A stretch of 62,624 nucleotides of DNA, counting the filler, from Globobulimina sp. (Eukaryota), in assembly GCA_003354225.1 (NCBI GenBank). It is 19 parts of 19 records of this genome, joined end to end, with 100 filler letters (N's around TTAATTAATTAA, not from the genome) between each part and the next. Parts side by side here need not be neighbours in the genome. Positions count along the whole stretch, not along the records: positions 36,331 to 39,531 come from PIVH01003435.1; positions 39,632 to 42,831 come from PIVH01003436.1; positions 42,932 to 46,131 come from PIVH01003437.1; positions 46,232 to 49,430 come from PIVH01003438.1; 15 more parts are not named here. One strand, 5' to 3'. Shown in pieces: positions 38,329 through 49,200 of this stretch. How positions within the stretch are numbered: the first letter of the stretch is position 1; each line of letters starts with the position of its first letter. A program made the translations under genes and the position numbers. The notes under the pieces were generated by a model. That model saw only the letters and a program-made list of their open reading frames with translations. It ran no database searches and was not told the DNA's origin.

Positions 38329-39531
38329 ATGGCCACTCAACGTGAAACTTTTGAAGACATTGATTTGGAAGATGTTCATTCAACGCTTAATCCATCGACA
38401 TCTCAAAATGGACATATACAATCCAAAGGGAACAGATATTACCGCGTTCAACCACAAACAACAAACAACAATCCACACCATTCAATCCCAGGAATTCGAT
38501 TTTTAGCTCCATTTAAACCTTTAATACCAATATTAATCAAATGTAAAAATGTAGTACTAATGCTTCCGGCATTTTTTATATTTGCCATTATCTCATTTGT
38601 GTGCTACTGCACCTTATTTTTAGCACTCCCATATCGAATGCAACAAAGCTCACAAAATGGTTATTTCATCACAATTACCGTATCCTTATTGTTAGGACTA
38701 TTATTTATAACCGCTGCGATATTAACCTTAACTTCATTTGTTCGCTGCGTATTTACGTCATCGTCAGTTTGTGACAACCCACCATCCATATCCTCGCCAC
38801 ATATAAATAATGAATCATGCCGCAAATGTCCGAAGTGTTTACAGTTTAAACCCGCGCGAGCTCATCATTGCAGTATATGTTCTTCGTGTGTATTGAAGAT
38901 GGATCACCACTGTTAATTAAGCTCTCTTTTTTTTTATTACAAATTCATCTCTTTTTTAATATAATACATAGGTCCGTGGGTCAGGTAAATTAATTACATC
39001 ATCAACAAACAATGAATCTGTAATCTGTATTGATGACGTAATTAATTTATCGACTGCCTTATACATAGTAATTGCGTCGGATATTTTAATTACAAATATT
39101 TTTGTTTATTCGTATGGTTTGCTACCATTTCATGCCATTTATCCTCACTTATTTGTTTTACGCAGTTATTGGCGTTGTTGGTATGTTTTATGTGTTTTTT
39201 ATATGTTTAATTATGTTATTTTTAATAAATTGCATAAAAGGGTCATCCAAAGGGCAAATCTCATCATTCAGGGTATAATGGAGTTCATTCGTCGTGGATG
39301 ATGATAAATAGTTTATTGACATTGGCATTTGGAGTTACTTTAACTTGTTTTAGTTTATTTCATTTGACATTGGTATTTAAAGGAGCATCTACCATCGAAT
39401 TTGGGTCTGATGGATATTTGGTATATAATTTAGGCTGGAAAAAGAATTTTTATTCTATTTTTGGTGAAAATGTTTTGTTTTGGTTTCTCCCCACACCGAC
39501 AATGGCTGGTGATGGATATGAATTTGTTTTA
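38329..39531 (+). CDS. DHHC palmitoyltransferase; introns 38912-38971, 38985-39068 and a third after 39180
   Basis: [57 protein letters not shown]. Confidence 0.95.
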
Positions 39532-39631
39532 NNNNNNNNNNNNNNNNNNNNNNNNNNNNNNNNNNNNNNNNNNNNTTAATTAATTAANNNNNNNNNNNNN
39601 NNNNNNNNNNNNNNNNNNNNNNNNNNNNNNN

Positions 39632-40444
39632 AGCAATCATAGTGAATAATATTGAACAGCAAACGGTTGATAATCTCCAGTGTACCGCCATGAAGTATGG
39701 CGTCCACAATTTTTCCCTCAACGATAATGTTTTTGTCGTGCTTTGTATCTCATTCTTTTGTTCTTTTTGTTCGGTCTGCTCATCTGAGTCAGAGAAAGGG
39801 ATCGAGACTGAACCGATATGGACTGTATCTTTCAAAGCATATACTTTTGCATGTTCTAGTTCTTTTTCTTGAGCTATTCCATCTGCGATCATATCAGCAT
39901 TAATCGACCACGACACCATAATACCGGAAAAGATATATTGTATAATTATAATATTAACAAAAACAAATAGTGGCAAAGCAATTAATGCTAAAAAAGATCC
40001 TTTTTTATAATTTATAATGCAGGCAATCAAATATTCAAATAATACATTTAATATTAATGTGATATATAACACGAATACAACCCAACACAATACAAACATT
40101 AAAATGCGTAAAATATTGCGAAGTACTCTTAATTGCGTCCATAAAGAAATATTATTTAAATGCATTTCAATATTATTATTATTATTATTCGCTTTAATTA
40201 TTCCTGTTGATTCTCCATAGGATGTTATTGTTTGTAAATATATTTTCGACCATGACCAATTTGTGCCAGATTGCTTTTCTTCACATTTTGCATTTAGAAG
40301 ACACAACGAAAATTTGGTAAATTTAAATGCATAGAAAATATGTATTATGGATATGAGAATTGCAAACGATACATCTAACCACAAAGGTGGAGTCTCAAAA
40401 TTATTGGTTGATGATTCTTTGTAGAGTTGTTCCGCCAACGACAT
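39632..40444 (-). CDS. Hypothetical multi-pass membrane protein, 3' truncated
   Basis: Open frame with several hydrophobic helices. Confidence 0.55.
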
Positions 40445-40524
40445 TATCTTTATTGTAAAGCAAAAAAACGTCGAAGTGAGTATAAATGTACATATATAAA
40501 ATTGAAAACAAACATATCATTGCA

Positions 40525-40750
40525 AATCACATATACACCACACACAACACACAACAAAATATTATACCAAAATGCCATATACAACAATGGTACACGACTA
40601 AAAGCTTAAAGTTTAACTTAGAACACGAACACAAACACAAACACAAACAACACACACAAACAACACACACAAACAACACACACAAACAACACACACAAAC
40701 ACATTCTTTGCTACCTTTGTCGATATCAAAACAAACACAAAACAAAATAT
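40525..40750. repeat. CA/AC-rich low-complexity repeat
   Basis: ACAAACAACACAC-type units downstream of the G-alpha gene. Confidence 0.8.
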
Positions 40751-40815
40751 AATTTCTAGCTAATCAAACTAATAAGTTTTTAATTTTTTAATATGAATAT
40801 ATATATTATTCTTTT

Positions 40816-42366
40816 TCATGCAAAACTTGCACATTTTAAATTGCGTCTTATTATTCCGCCCCGAACACAATCAAACGTTGTTTGTATATTTGATTTGTCC
40901 GTCGCCACAGTAACATGAATAGCGATGGTTATCCTTGTATCGATATCTTTAATTCTCGATAAAAATTGCTCTTTTATAAAATGCACAGAATGCTCATAAC
41001 ATCGTTCAAATTCTTGTTCATCATCAAATTCTGAATAGTTTGGTCCATCAAACTCATCACCAAAACATATTTGTAATGGAATCTTGTCATCTTTTAATCG
41101 CTTAATAAACAAATCATTCTTATTCAAGAATAATATCCATTGCGTATTATTTGAATAGACATTATTTGCCGAAAACCATTTTGAATTTACACTTTCTTCA
41201 AATAAAGTGAGTGATTCCTGCATAGCATTTCTTGTTTCGTCCTCGAATAAAACAGAACAATAATGGTTAAGCGCAGAAACGAACATAATCGCATGTACAT
41301 TGTCGAATAATTGAATCCATTTTTTCCTTTCACTCCTTTGTCCGCCAACATCAAACATATTAAATTTTAGATTATTAATCAAATATGTCCTTTCTACAAT
41401 GCCTATGGTTTGGACTCGGGCATTCAGCACGTCTTCAAGCGACGGAACATATCGATTTATTTCACTTTCGTCCATTACCACACGTATCTTATCTGAATGT
41501 GCAATGTATACATTATTTAATTGTAAATTCGTGTTTGCTTTTTGTGCTCTTTTCTGACCATTAAATGTCGGATGTACAAATATTTGACAATCATAGATAC
41601 GGATTTCTGAAATCCGTCCAGTGAAACATGCAAAAATAAACAGAAAAGTATATTACCTAAGAAATAATCAGTATTTTCGGGTAAACTGAAATAATGTCGA
41701 TTTTTAAAGGTTTCTTTAATACCCTCCAATTCCCACAAAAACTGCATAGTTTCACCTGTGTATTTAGTGTATTTATAATATATTTCTTAAAACTAAAAAA
41801 AACATACCCGCAATAGCGGCATCGACACTGTTTGAAAATTTTAATTCACGGTCAAACATTTTTTTTATATCAGCAAATATTTTTATAGCATTTGCAATTT
41901 CTTTATCTTCAACGTTGACAATACATTGATTTTTATTGTATGGCTCTTTGGATAAAATAGCACTTTGTTTTAATAATTTCATTAATCCCGTTATACAATT
42001 TAAGCGGATATGCATTTTATAATTTGTATTATTAGAACCTAACCGAGGTGCGGGAGTTTCATTTGTTTGGTCTTGTTGGGTTTCACCATGAATACATTCA
42101 ATTTGTCTGAATAATGTCGATTTGCCGCTGCTGCCTGAACCTAATATTAACAATTTAATGATTTTCTTTTCTTTTTTTTCAACACTTTTCATGTATTTAT
42201 TAATTTGTTTATTGCTGTTTTTTTCGTCAGGAACTGCTGGCGATATTGGATCATCACCAAGTGATACACTGTGACGACTATGATTACTATGATTTTCTTG
42301 ACCAACTGTGACGCTTAAATTTTGCATAGCCAATATATCAGCTTCTTTGTTTACACAATTTCCCAT
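40816..42366 (-). CDS. Heterotrimeric G protein alpha subunit; introns 41756-41807 and 41493-41656
   Basis: MGNC, GSGSSGKST, RVQTIG, DVGGQRSERKKW, FLNKND, TVATD. Confidence 0.95.
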
Positions 42367-42964
42367 TCTGTTGATTTGTTTTTGAAGTTTTTCAAACAAA
42401 AAATCAAAAAATGCTTGAGATATTATATAAATTCGGAGTTGGTGACCCAGTAAAGTTAATTTTTTTAATTAATCAGGTCAGTCCAAACCGTGTTTTGTAA
42501 AAATATTGAAATTTATCTTTTGACCATTGGGCCGATCCTAAAACTGGATTTACAACAACGAAAGTTTGGTCATACACAATTGTCTCTGGTGTAACCTTTC
42601 AAATTATCAATCCTTTCCAGTGAACATTTCCAATCTGTGTTAGTTTTAACTTTTAAACATCATCGGAATTCCTGAATATTTACATCTAAACTCTTGACTT
42701 TTTGCTGCGATGACCATCATTATAATGCTGCGATGACAATCATGACACTGTATCATCCATAAATAAATCAGATTGTTTCAGTTAAACGACAATAAAGTAA
42801 CCCATGCCAAAAAAAGATTAGTTAAATTGTTNNNNNNNNNNNNNNNNNNNNNNNNNNNNNNNNNNNNNNNNNNNNTTAATTAATTAANNNNNNNNNNNNN
42901 NNNNNNNNNNNNNNNNNNNNNNNNNNNNNNNGGGAATCTTCAGTTATACCACTAGTTTAAGTCA

Positions 42965-43827
42965 AAAGGAACGGTTTCAGAGGCAAAAACTTCGATTCTA
43001 GAGAAAAAACTTCGATTTCAGAAGACCAAATGCCCTAACATTTGTCAAGAGAAAGGATTTGCTTAAATACGGGATAGGTAGGGTGGTGGCCGTTGTTGGC
43101 GGTGCCTAACAGTATTCCGCTGATAAAAAGTGGGGCAAAACATGGGATTTTAGGGAAAAAAGGTTACTCATGTAGAAATAAAGTGTGTGTTTTATATACG
43201 AATGATTCCTTTTTACGATTTTTCTCTAAATCCTTCACGTAGGGTATTTTGTATTTCTGGTTTAATTCGAGGAAGCAAAAGGGATTGTTAGGCACTTTCC
43301 TAACATTTTTTGTTTTAACGTAACTGCATAATATCTCACATTAAATCTGGTTGTTAGGCATGCCGTGCAGGCATTGTCGATTTGGTCCTCAAAAGCGTTG
43401 TCTTTCTCGATAAAATCGAAGTTTTTTCTCTGGAATCGTGCACTTTCACTTTGAAACCGTGCTCTTTGTTGTTAGGCATTTTGCCTTTTGCTCCCTTTGC
43501 TCCATCAAATTCCTAACAAAAACCCCTTAAAATGGAGTAAAATTTCACTTTTTCCTAACAGCGATGCAGTAGCGACGTTGTTAGGCACTTTTTGACACTT
43601 TTAGGGCAAAACCGTTCACTTTTTTTAGGTCGACGGCGAAAACGTCCTCCATTTGACGGTTAGAACGCTCTTATACCACTTATTTGTGTTAGGTTTTATA
43701 CCTGTTTTTGCAGAGTAAAAACGGACGAGTAAATCCTCCATTTAATTGTTAGCGATCTCTAACCAACGAAAGATTCGCTGACCCTCCTACAGGTTAGGTT
43801 TGACGTGTTTTCAGAAAAACCTAACCT
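42965..43827. repeat. Non-coding region with CCTAACA/TGTTAGG heptamers and a long inverted repeat
   Basis: Ten exact heptamers at 43034, 43105, 43286, 43299, 43352, 43470, 43512, 43554, 43579 and 43687. 42993-43018 pairs with 43413-43438 (25/26). Confidence 0.85.
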
Positions 43828-43881
43828 TTTTTGACTGCATCCATATATTCGTTTGATAAGCAGCATCAGTTTTATTGATGT

Positions 43882-44109
43882 TTACCTGTTTTCGCAGAAT
43901 ATTGACCCGAAATCGTCGAGGTCGAGGCCGACGACGACGTCAACGGCATATTCAGTACCAGAACAATTGAATATGTGACTTGCATACTGCAAACTAGGTC
44001 GACCTAGACTTGCATTTGCAGCTTTAATACTCTCGGCAGTGGAGAACGCACCTGCCAGTACCCAACCGACGCAGAATAGCGCCATACAGATCAGTAACTT
44101 CGCACTCAT
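43882..44109 (-). CDS. Hypothetical protein with hydrophobic N-terminus
   Basis: 75 aa; ATGA overlap with the upstream gene's stop. Confidence 0.55.
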   Translation of the reverse strand: MSAKLLICMALFCVGWVLAGAFSTAESIKAANASLGRPSLQYASHIFNCSGTEYAVDVVVGLDLDDFGSIFCENR

Positions 44110-44423
44110 AGTTGAACCCCCATTTGTTGTAGATCGTAAGCTAGGGCGCTACTGATACTCACAGAAACAGTATTTGGTATAGCCCCAATAAGTTTGTCTA
44201 ACTTCTTCCAGCCAGAAACAGAAACACCCCATTCATGACGCAGTCTAGAATCATGGATAGTTTGTTCCGCTTCCTTCTCATCATATAAATCACCACAACC
44301 GCAACTGGCTGCAATGTGACAAGCTTCAGAAAATAAATGATTTCTTACATTTAGTAGCTCAGCAGTAAATGTTGCCGTGTCGATAATCATTCTGTCGTCT
44401 TGTTGAATTGTTTCCATATTCAT
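44106..44423 (-). CDS. Hypothetical phage-like protein (105 aa)
   Basis: TAAGGAG six nt upstream of the ATG. Confidence 0.75.
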   Translation of the reverse strand: MNMETIQQDDRMIIDTATFTAELLNVRNHLFSEACHIAASCGCGDLYDEKEAEQTIHDSRLRHEWGVSVSGWKKLDKLIGAIPNTVSVSISSALAYDLQQMGVQL

Positions 44424-44468
44424 TTTTAGCTCCTTATTTCTAGGTCGACCTAGACTTGGCCGTTGGTC

Positions 44469-44651
44469 TCAGTTTGTCGTCGTTGTCATTCTTAAAAGCA
44501 CCATATTGGTACCCTTAACAACGACAACGACGAGGGCGACGGTGAGGGCGAGGACTACGGCATAATCCCGATTAACGGTGCATAGCGATGCACACAACCT
44601 CATTGTCGCTTTGTTGTCGTCGTTGTTCTTACATAATTGTGTAGGCGCCAT
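44469..44651 (-). CDS. Possible small membrane protein (60 aa)
   Basis: AGGTAGG upstream and one hydrophobic stretch; weak support. Confidence 0.3.
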   Translation of the reverse strand: MAPTQLCKNNDDNKATMRLCASLCTVNRDYAVVLALTVALVVVVVKGTNMVLLRMTTTTN

Positions 44652-45004
44652 CTACCTACCTGTTTAGGAAACTGTCCCGTCATAGTCTACTATAGACTGG
44701 GGATGTGACTCAGAGCCGATTATGCTATAGGTCGCAGGCTATGCGTTTACTGGTTTATCCTAAACAGACGACAGAGTAAGAGCTGTCTTTCACCATACTG
44801 GAGATCTCGGTACCAAGCGGTAATCCGGATTCGCAGTCCTATAGTTTGCCAAGTGCATATTTTTGTCCTGAGGCTGTGGGCGGACACGGAATCTTACATA
44901 GTCATTCTCCTGGTTAATTTCATAATTGTATTTGTGTTCTGAGATATAGGTCGACCTAGATGGTTGGGCATATTCTAGGTCGACCTATATCGCATAACGG
45001 GTAG

Positions 45005-45034
45005 CCCTCACTCTGTACCGTTACAGAGTGAGGG
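45005..45034 (-). terminator. 13-bp perfect stem-loop just downstream of 45042-45758
   Basis: CCCTCACTCTGTA-ccgt-TACAGAGTGAGGG, 7 nt after the stop. There is no U-tract, so it may be a stabiliser or processing hairpin. Confidence 0.5.
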
Positions 45035-45041
45035 GAGAGAT

Positions 45042-45758
45042 CTACCCTACCATTTGGAGGAGTTGCTTTCGTGTGGTTGCAGAGTCACGAATAGCGGTGG
45101 CTAGTTTCATGTACTGAGCGACTGTTGCACTTGCTTCGTGTTGAAGACGTTGGTTCTCTTCCTGAAGCTTTTTGAGTTGAGTTTCTAGGTCGACCTGTTT
45201 CTCTTCGTGCTTCTTATTAATACCCTTGAGCTGTTCCCTTGCGTCGCTGAGGGCGTCGCTGAGGGAAGCGACCGAGCTTTCCGCTTGTTTTCGTGCTGTG
45301 CCTTCCTTCTCAGCCTTGATAGAGTTTTGTTCTGCGTCGAGTAGTAATTGTTCTTGGTGTGCCTTCTCTGCGTCGGCCTTGGCCTTGGCCTTGGCTTGGT
45401 CGGCTTCTGATACTACTTTATAGACCTTGCCTTTATTGTTAGTAGATTCGTCCGCTAGCAAGGTGTGCAGTGATACATTGTTACCCTTGATTACTAGGGC
45501 GTGGCCTTTGAATATGTTGGCTGTCCACCGTTGGCAAGAGACCTTGAGTGTTTGTTTTGCTTGGTCGTTCTTGAATGTGGAGGTACCGATTAACACTGTC
45601 ACTTCTCTTTCAAGGTTGGCTAGTCCAATGGCTTGGAAGGCTTGCGCTCGTTCCTTAGCTATGGTGGCTTGCGTGGCTTCGGTTTGGTTGTAGGTCTTGA
45701 TAAAGTTTACAGTAGCTTGGCTCAGTTGGTTTGTGTTGTTAGTTATTGTTGCGCTCAT
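45042..45758 (-). CDS. Hypothetical Ala/Lys/Glu-rich coiled-coil protein (238 aa)
   Basis: AAAGGAG eight nt upstream of the ATG; heptad-rich C-terminal half. Confidence 0.85.
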   Translation of the reverse strand: MSATITNNTNQLSQATVNFIKTYNQTEATQATIAKERAQAFQAIGLANLEREVTVLIGTSTFKNDQAKQTLKVSCQRWTANIFKGHALVIKGNNVSLHTLLADESTNNKGKVYKVVSEADQAKAKAKADAEKAHQEQLLLDAEQNSIKAEKEGTARKQAESSVASLSDALSDAREQLKGINKKHEEKQVDLETQLKKLQEENQRLQHEASATVAQYMKLATAIRDSATTRKQLLQMVG

Positions 45759-45832
45759 GGTCTTTGCTCCTTTGTGGTTTGTTTTCTAGGTCGACCTATC
45801 GTGGTCGGCTACTTGGTGGACGTGGTTGTCCC

Positions 45833-45913
45833 TTAGAAATGTCTGTTTGTTTTACCTACGTAGTAAAGGTAGGCTTCTATCGCTAGGGTTATTGTTAATG
45901 TTATTGGTTCCAT
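45833..45913 (-). CDS. Small 26-aa ORF MEPITLTITLAIEAYLYYVGKTNRHF
   Basis: Own translation; strong AAGGAAGGTGA ribosome-binding site directly upstream. Confidence 0.5.
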   Translation of the reverse strand: MEPITLTITLAIEAYLYYVGKTNRHF

Positions 45914-46052
45914 GGCTCACCTTCCTTTGTTTTCTCAGCTTTACCGCTGATTTTTCGTTTAATTTCTAGGTCGACCTAGGCCACCCTATCCGATTTTTCT
46001 GGGAAGAAACTTTTTTTCCCGTGGCTGTACCCCACCACAGATGTCGACACTG

Positions 46053-46131
46053 TTTTTAGCGAAAAACCCTTTTTGATAATCACAACAACCTATTTTTAGC
46101 GAAAAACCCTTTTTGATAATTACAACAAACC
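46053..46131. repeat. 40-bp tandem repeat, two copies running into the contig end
   Basis: TTTTTAGCGAAAAACCCTTTTTGATAAT(C/T)ACAACAA at 46053 and 46093. Confidence 0.9.
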
Positions 46132-46231
46132 NNNNNNNNNNNNNNNNNNNNNNNNNNNNNNNNNNNNNNNNNNNNTTAATTAATTAANNNNNNNNNNNNN
46201 NNNNNNNNNNNNNNNNNNNNNNNNNNNNNNN

Positions 46232-49200
46232 TTCTTCGATCGCCCGCTCTTGTATACAATGAGAGGGTATGAGGAGGCTCAGCAGGCGTCGGAGACCGAA
46301 CCTGCTGTTGAGGCGACGGAAGAGAAGACATCGTATGAGACGCAGACGTAAACCAAGGCGAAGGCGGCGAAAACGCACTGGGAGAGCTTTGGTGAAAACG
46401 ATATTAGGTCCTAATTTAGGTATATTTGTATACATAAAAACTATGAAAACGCACAAAAACACATTTTATAGGCAAGTATGGGCATAGATTGGGTCGAAAG
46501 AGACGAAAAAGACGCAGACGCAGACCCAGAGGCAAACGGAGAAGACGAAAGAAACATAGACGTCGACGTAAACGTAGACGTAAAAAACGTATCCGCAGTT
46601 TCGGTGCGCAAATGGATGAAAATAACATGGAAAATGAGTATGAATATTATTACGAAGATGATATGATCAATGCATTTGGAGCCGAGGCCATGTCCTCCAC
46701 CTTAAATCTAATGGATTTGGGCGAATATGATGGTTCCGATGAGCGGCAATTACGAAAATGTAAAACGTTTTCCATGACGGAAACCTGTGTGACTTTGGAC
46801 GCAAAGCGTGGCGATGTCCAATTAGAAGTATCTGTGGGTTCACTAAAGGCCAAAGAAGGGTATGCTGCACATGCATGGCAGCAAGAAAACGGCGAAAACG
46901 AATATTATGAGTACACCGATGAAGATGTAGAAGATGAATGGTTTGACGAAACTGAGCAGACCGCGTGGATGGTGAGTGATGTTGCCGCAGACGAAGAATA
47001 TGACGATCTCTGGAATGATGATACTAACTGGGAGCAAATTGATGAGATACAAACCTTATCCGGTAACAGATTACAACGTAAATGTCTACATCTGTGGGGA
47101 CAACGATTATGTTTATGCCAATTTTTAGCGTTTTTGGATAATCGCAAGTTTAAATGCCAACCCAAAGGGCTGTTTTATAATCCATTAGGTCCCGGTCCTG
47201 GCACTGGTGGCGGTGCAATGACTCAATCACAAATGAAAGAGATACAAAGTGTACAAAGCATAAAAAGTATACCCAAAATACCCAAAATAAGCAAAATACA
47301 TAAGAAGAGTACCGGTGTTGGTCCGAGCGAGAAAAGCATGAAAAAAGAGATTAAGAAAGTGGAAAAAGTGAAGGCAGTCAAGCCCCAAATGTCCAAGAAT
47401 AAGTTAAAAAAAGTGGTGAATAAAGCGCTGAAAAAAGCGGTAGAAAAGGCTGGGAAGAAGGAGAAAGCCGCGATTTTGGCGAAAAAGAAACGCGGATTGT
47501 TGATTCCGAAACATTTGCCGTATAGATTTGAAGGGATCAAGTTGCCGAAAACACCGCCGAAGTGGTTGCCTCATTGGATGTGGCACGAGTTTACTGTACA
47601 AAATGAACAACACAAACAAGAGAAGAAGACGCATACAGCGATAAAGAAGAAATTGAAAGAAGGGATTAAGAAACAACGGGCAAAGGAACAGAAACAGATA
47701 AAGAAGGAAGAAAAAGTGCTGTTGCAAGCGCGAAAACAAGCGGAGAAACAGATTAAGAAAGAGATTGCAAAGGAGATCAAATCGGATGAGGTGAAGGCTG
47801 CGGTGGAGACTCAGAAGAAGGCGGTCAAAGTGGCGAAGAAAGCAGTGAAGAAAGCAAAGGTTACCGAGAAGGAAAAGGAAAAGTTGAAGAAAGCCACTGT
47901 GAAGGTGATAAAAAAGAAAGTTGCGGCGGATATCAAAGCGGCGGTTTACAAGAAGTTATCTCGGAAGAAAGGAGGGCGGAAGTTATCTACGCGCGAAAAG
48001 GAGAAGATTAAGAAAAAAGCGATTAGTGATATTAAGAAAACAGTGGATAAACATGTTACTGCTAAATCTAAGAAATCTGCCGCTATGGATGCATATTATG
48101 ACTTTGATGATGAATATTACGACGATTACGATGAATACTATGATGATATGGATTATTACGATGAATATTATGATGATGAAGGTGAAATGTATGATGATTA
48201 TGATTATGAATCGTATGATTTGGATGATGATTTTTACGATGAATATGACGATTTGGATTATGATAGTATTCAAGATGCAATATCTGAGGACGAGGACGCG
48301 GAGGAAGAGATTGATGAGGAATATGAAGATGCATTGGACGAATTATATTACGATGTATCTAATTATTATGATGACTATGATGGTATGTATTATTACGAAG
48401 ATGTCTCCGATAACGAAGAATATAGCATCGCAGAGAAAGCGCACTGGCACGATGACCGAGATGACAACGATTGGGTCGTCAGTTCGCTATCCACCTCGGA
48501 TTTAGATAACGTATGGGAAGACCCGTCAGAATGGGAATTGGTGGATAAAGTAAAGACCGCTTCTGGTCGCATGGTACAACGCAAATGTTTACATATGTGG
48601 CAACATCGATTATGTCTATGCCAATTTTTAGAATGGATCGACGACGCCAAATATAAATGTTATCCACGAGGACAAGCCATGCCTATCATGAAGAAAACAC
48701 CTAAACTCGGTGCAGCCGCTCCCTCTGCCCCCAAAGTCGTCAAGAAATTCAAGAAAATCGTCAAGAAACTGCGAGTGGCCCAGAAACCGGGCGTAGCACA
48801 AAAACCATTGTTAGCCAAACTATCCGGCGACATTAAAAAATTAGAAACCATCGAACAGAAAAGAGCTGCAGAAACCGGCCAAAGCAATGGCAAAACCAAA
48901 TCATTATTGAAGAAATTAGCCATCAAATTAGGGAAAAAGGCACAACAACAACAGCCAGTACGCCCTGGTAAAGCCAGGAGAGCCTATCCACCCAAGCAAT
49001 TAATGAAGAAAACCATCCAAGCCGGCAATGGCGTCCGTGCCATGGCAGAAATGGAAGATATGGCGAACCCGCCATTGCCCGGCGATTATGCTGTACCTCA
49101 CAACACCGCCGCCTCCCAGGCCCACAACGCTCAGTTGAGTCATATTGAAGCATTATTGGCCCATTTATTAGCCGCCAAAACGGCAAAAGGCGGTGGAAAA

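Larger units (their letters stand above)
43994..45979. repeat. Dispersed palindrome (C)TAGGTCGACCTA(G), 7 copies
   Basis: Copies at 43994-44007, 44439-44454, 44947-44958, 44975-44987, 45185-45196, 45786-45798 and 45966-45979; a half copy at 43626. Confidence 0.95.
42932..46131. mobile_element. Prokaryotic, probably bacteriophage-derived contig
   Basis: Visibly higher GC than the AT-rich contigs, no introns, co-oriented small ORFs with AAGGAG/AAGGAAGG Shine-Dalgarno sites, and an ATGA stop-start overlap at 44106-44109. No hallmark gene is present, so phage origin is an inference. Confidence 0.6.

Noticed and set aside
40486-40752. ORFs rich in H/T/Q or C/V
   Set aside because: Translations of a CA-rich simple repeat.
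43140-43700. TTAGG/TTAGGG as telomeric repeats
   Set aside because: Copies are dispersed, occur in both orientations and are never tandem.
43994-45979. Palindromes as CRISPR repeats or integron attC sites
   Set aside because: Spacing is irregular (28-600 bp), the repeat is only 12-16 bp, two copies lie inside ORFs, and there are no GTTRRRY/RYYYAAC boxes.
46053-46131. Possible CRISPR array
   Set aside because: Only two units, and the 11-12 nt between the conserved parts are similar to each other and too short for spacers. No cas genes.
47921-48505. Met/Ile/Thr-rich and antisense His/Ile-rich ORFs
   Set aside because: Shadow frames of the Asp/Tyr-rich block in the 46489-49430 frame.
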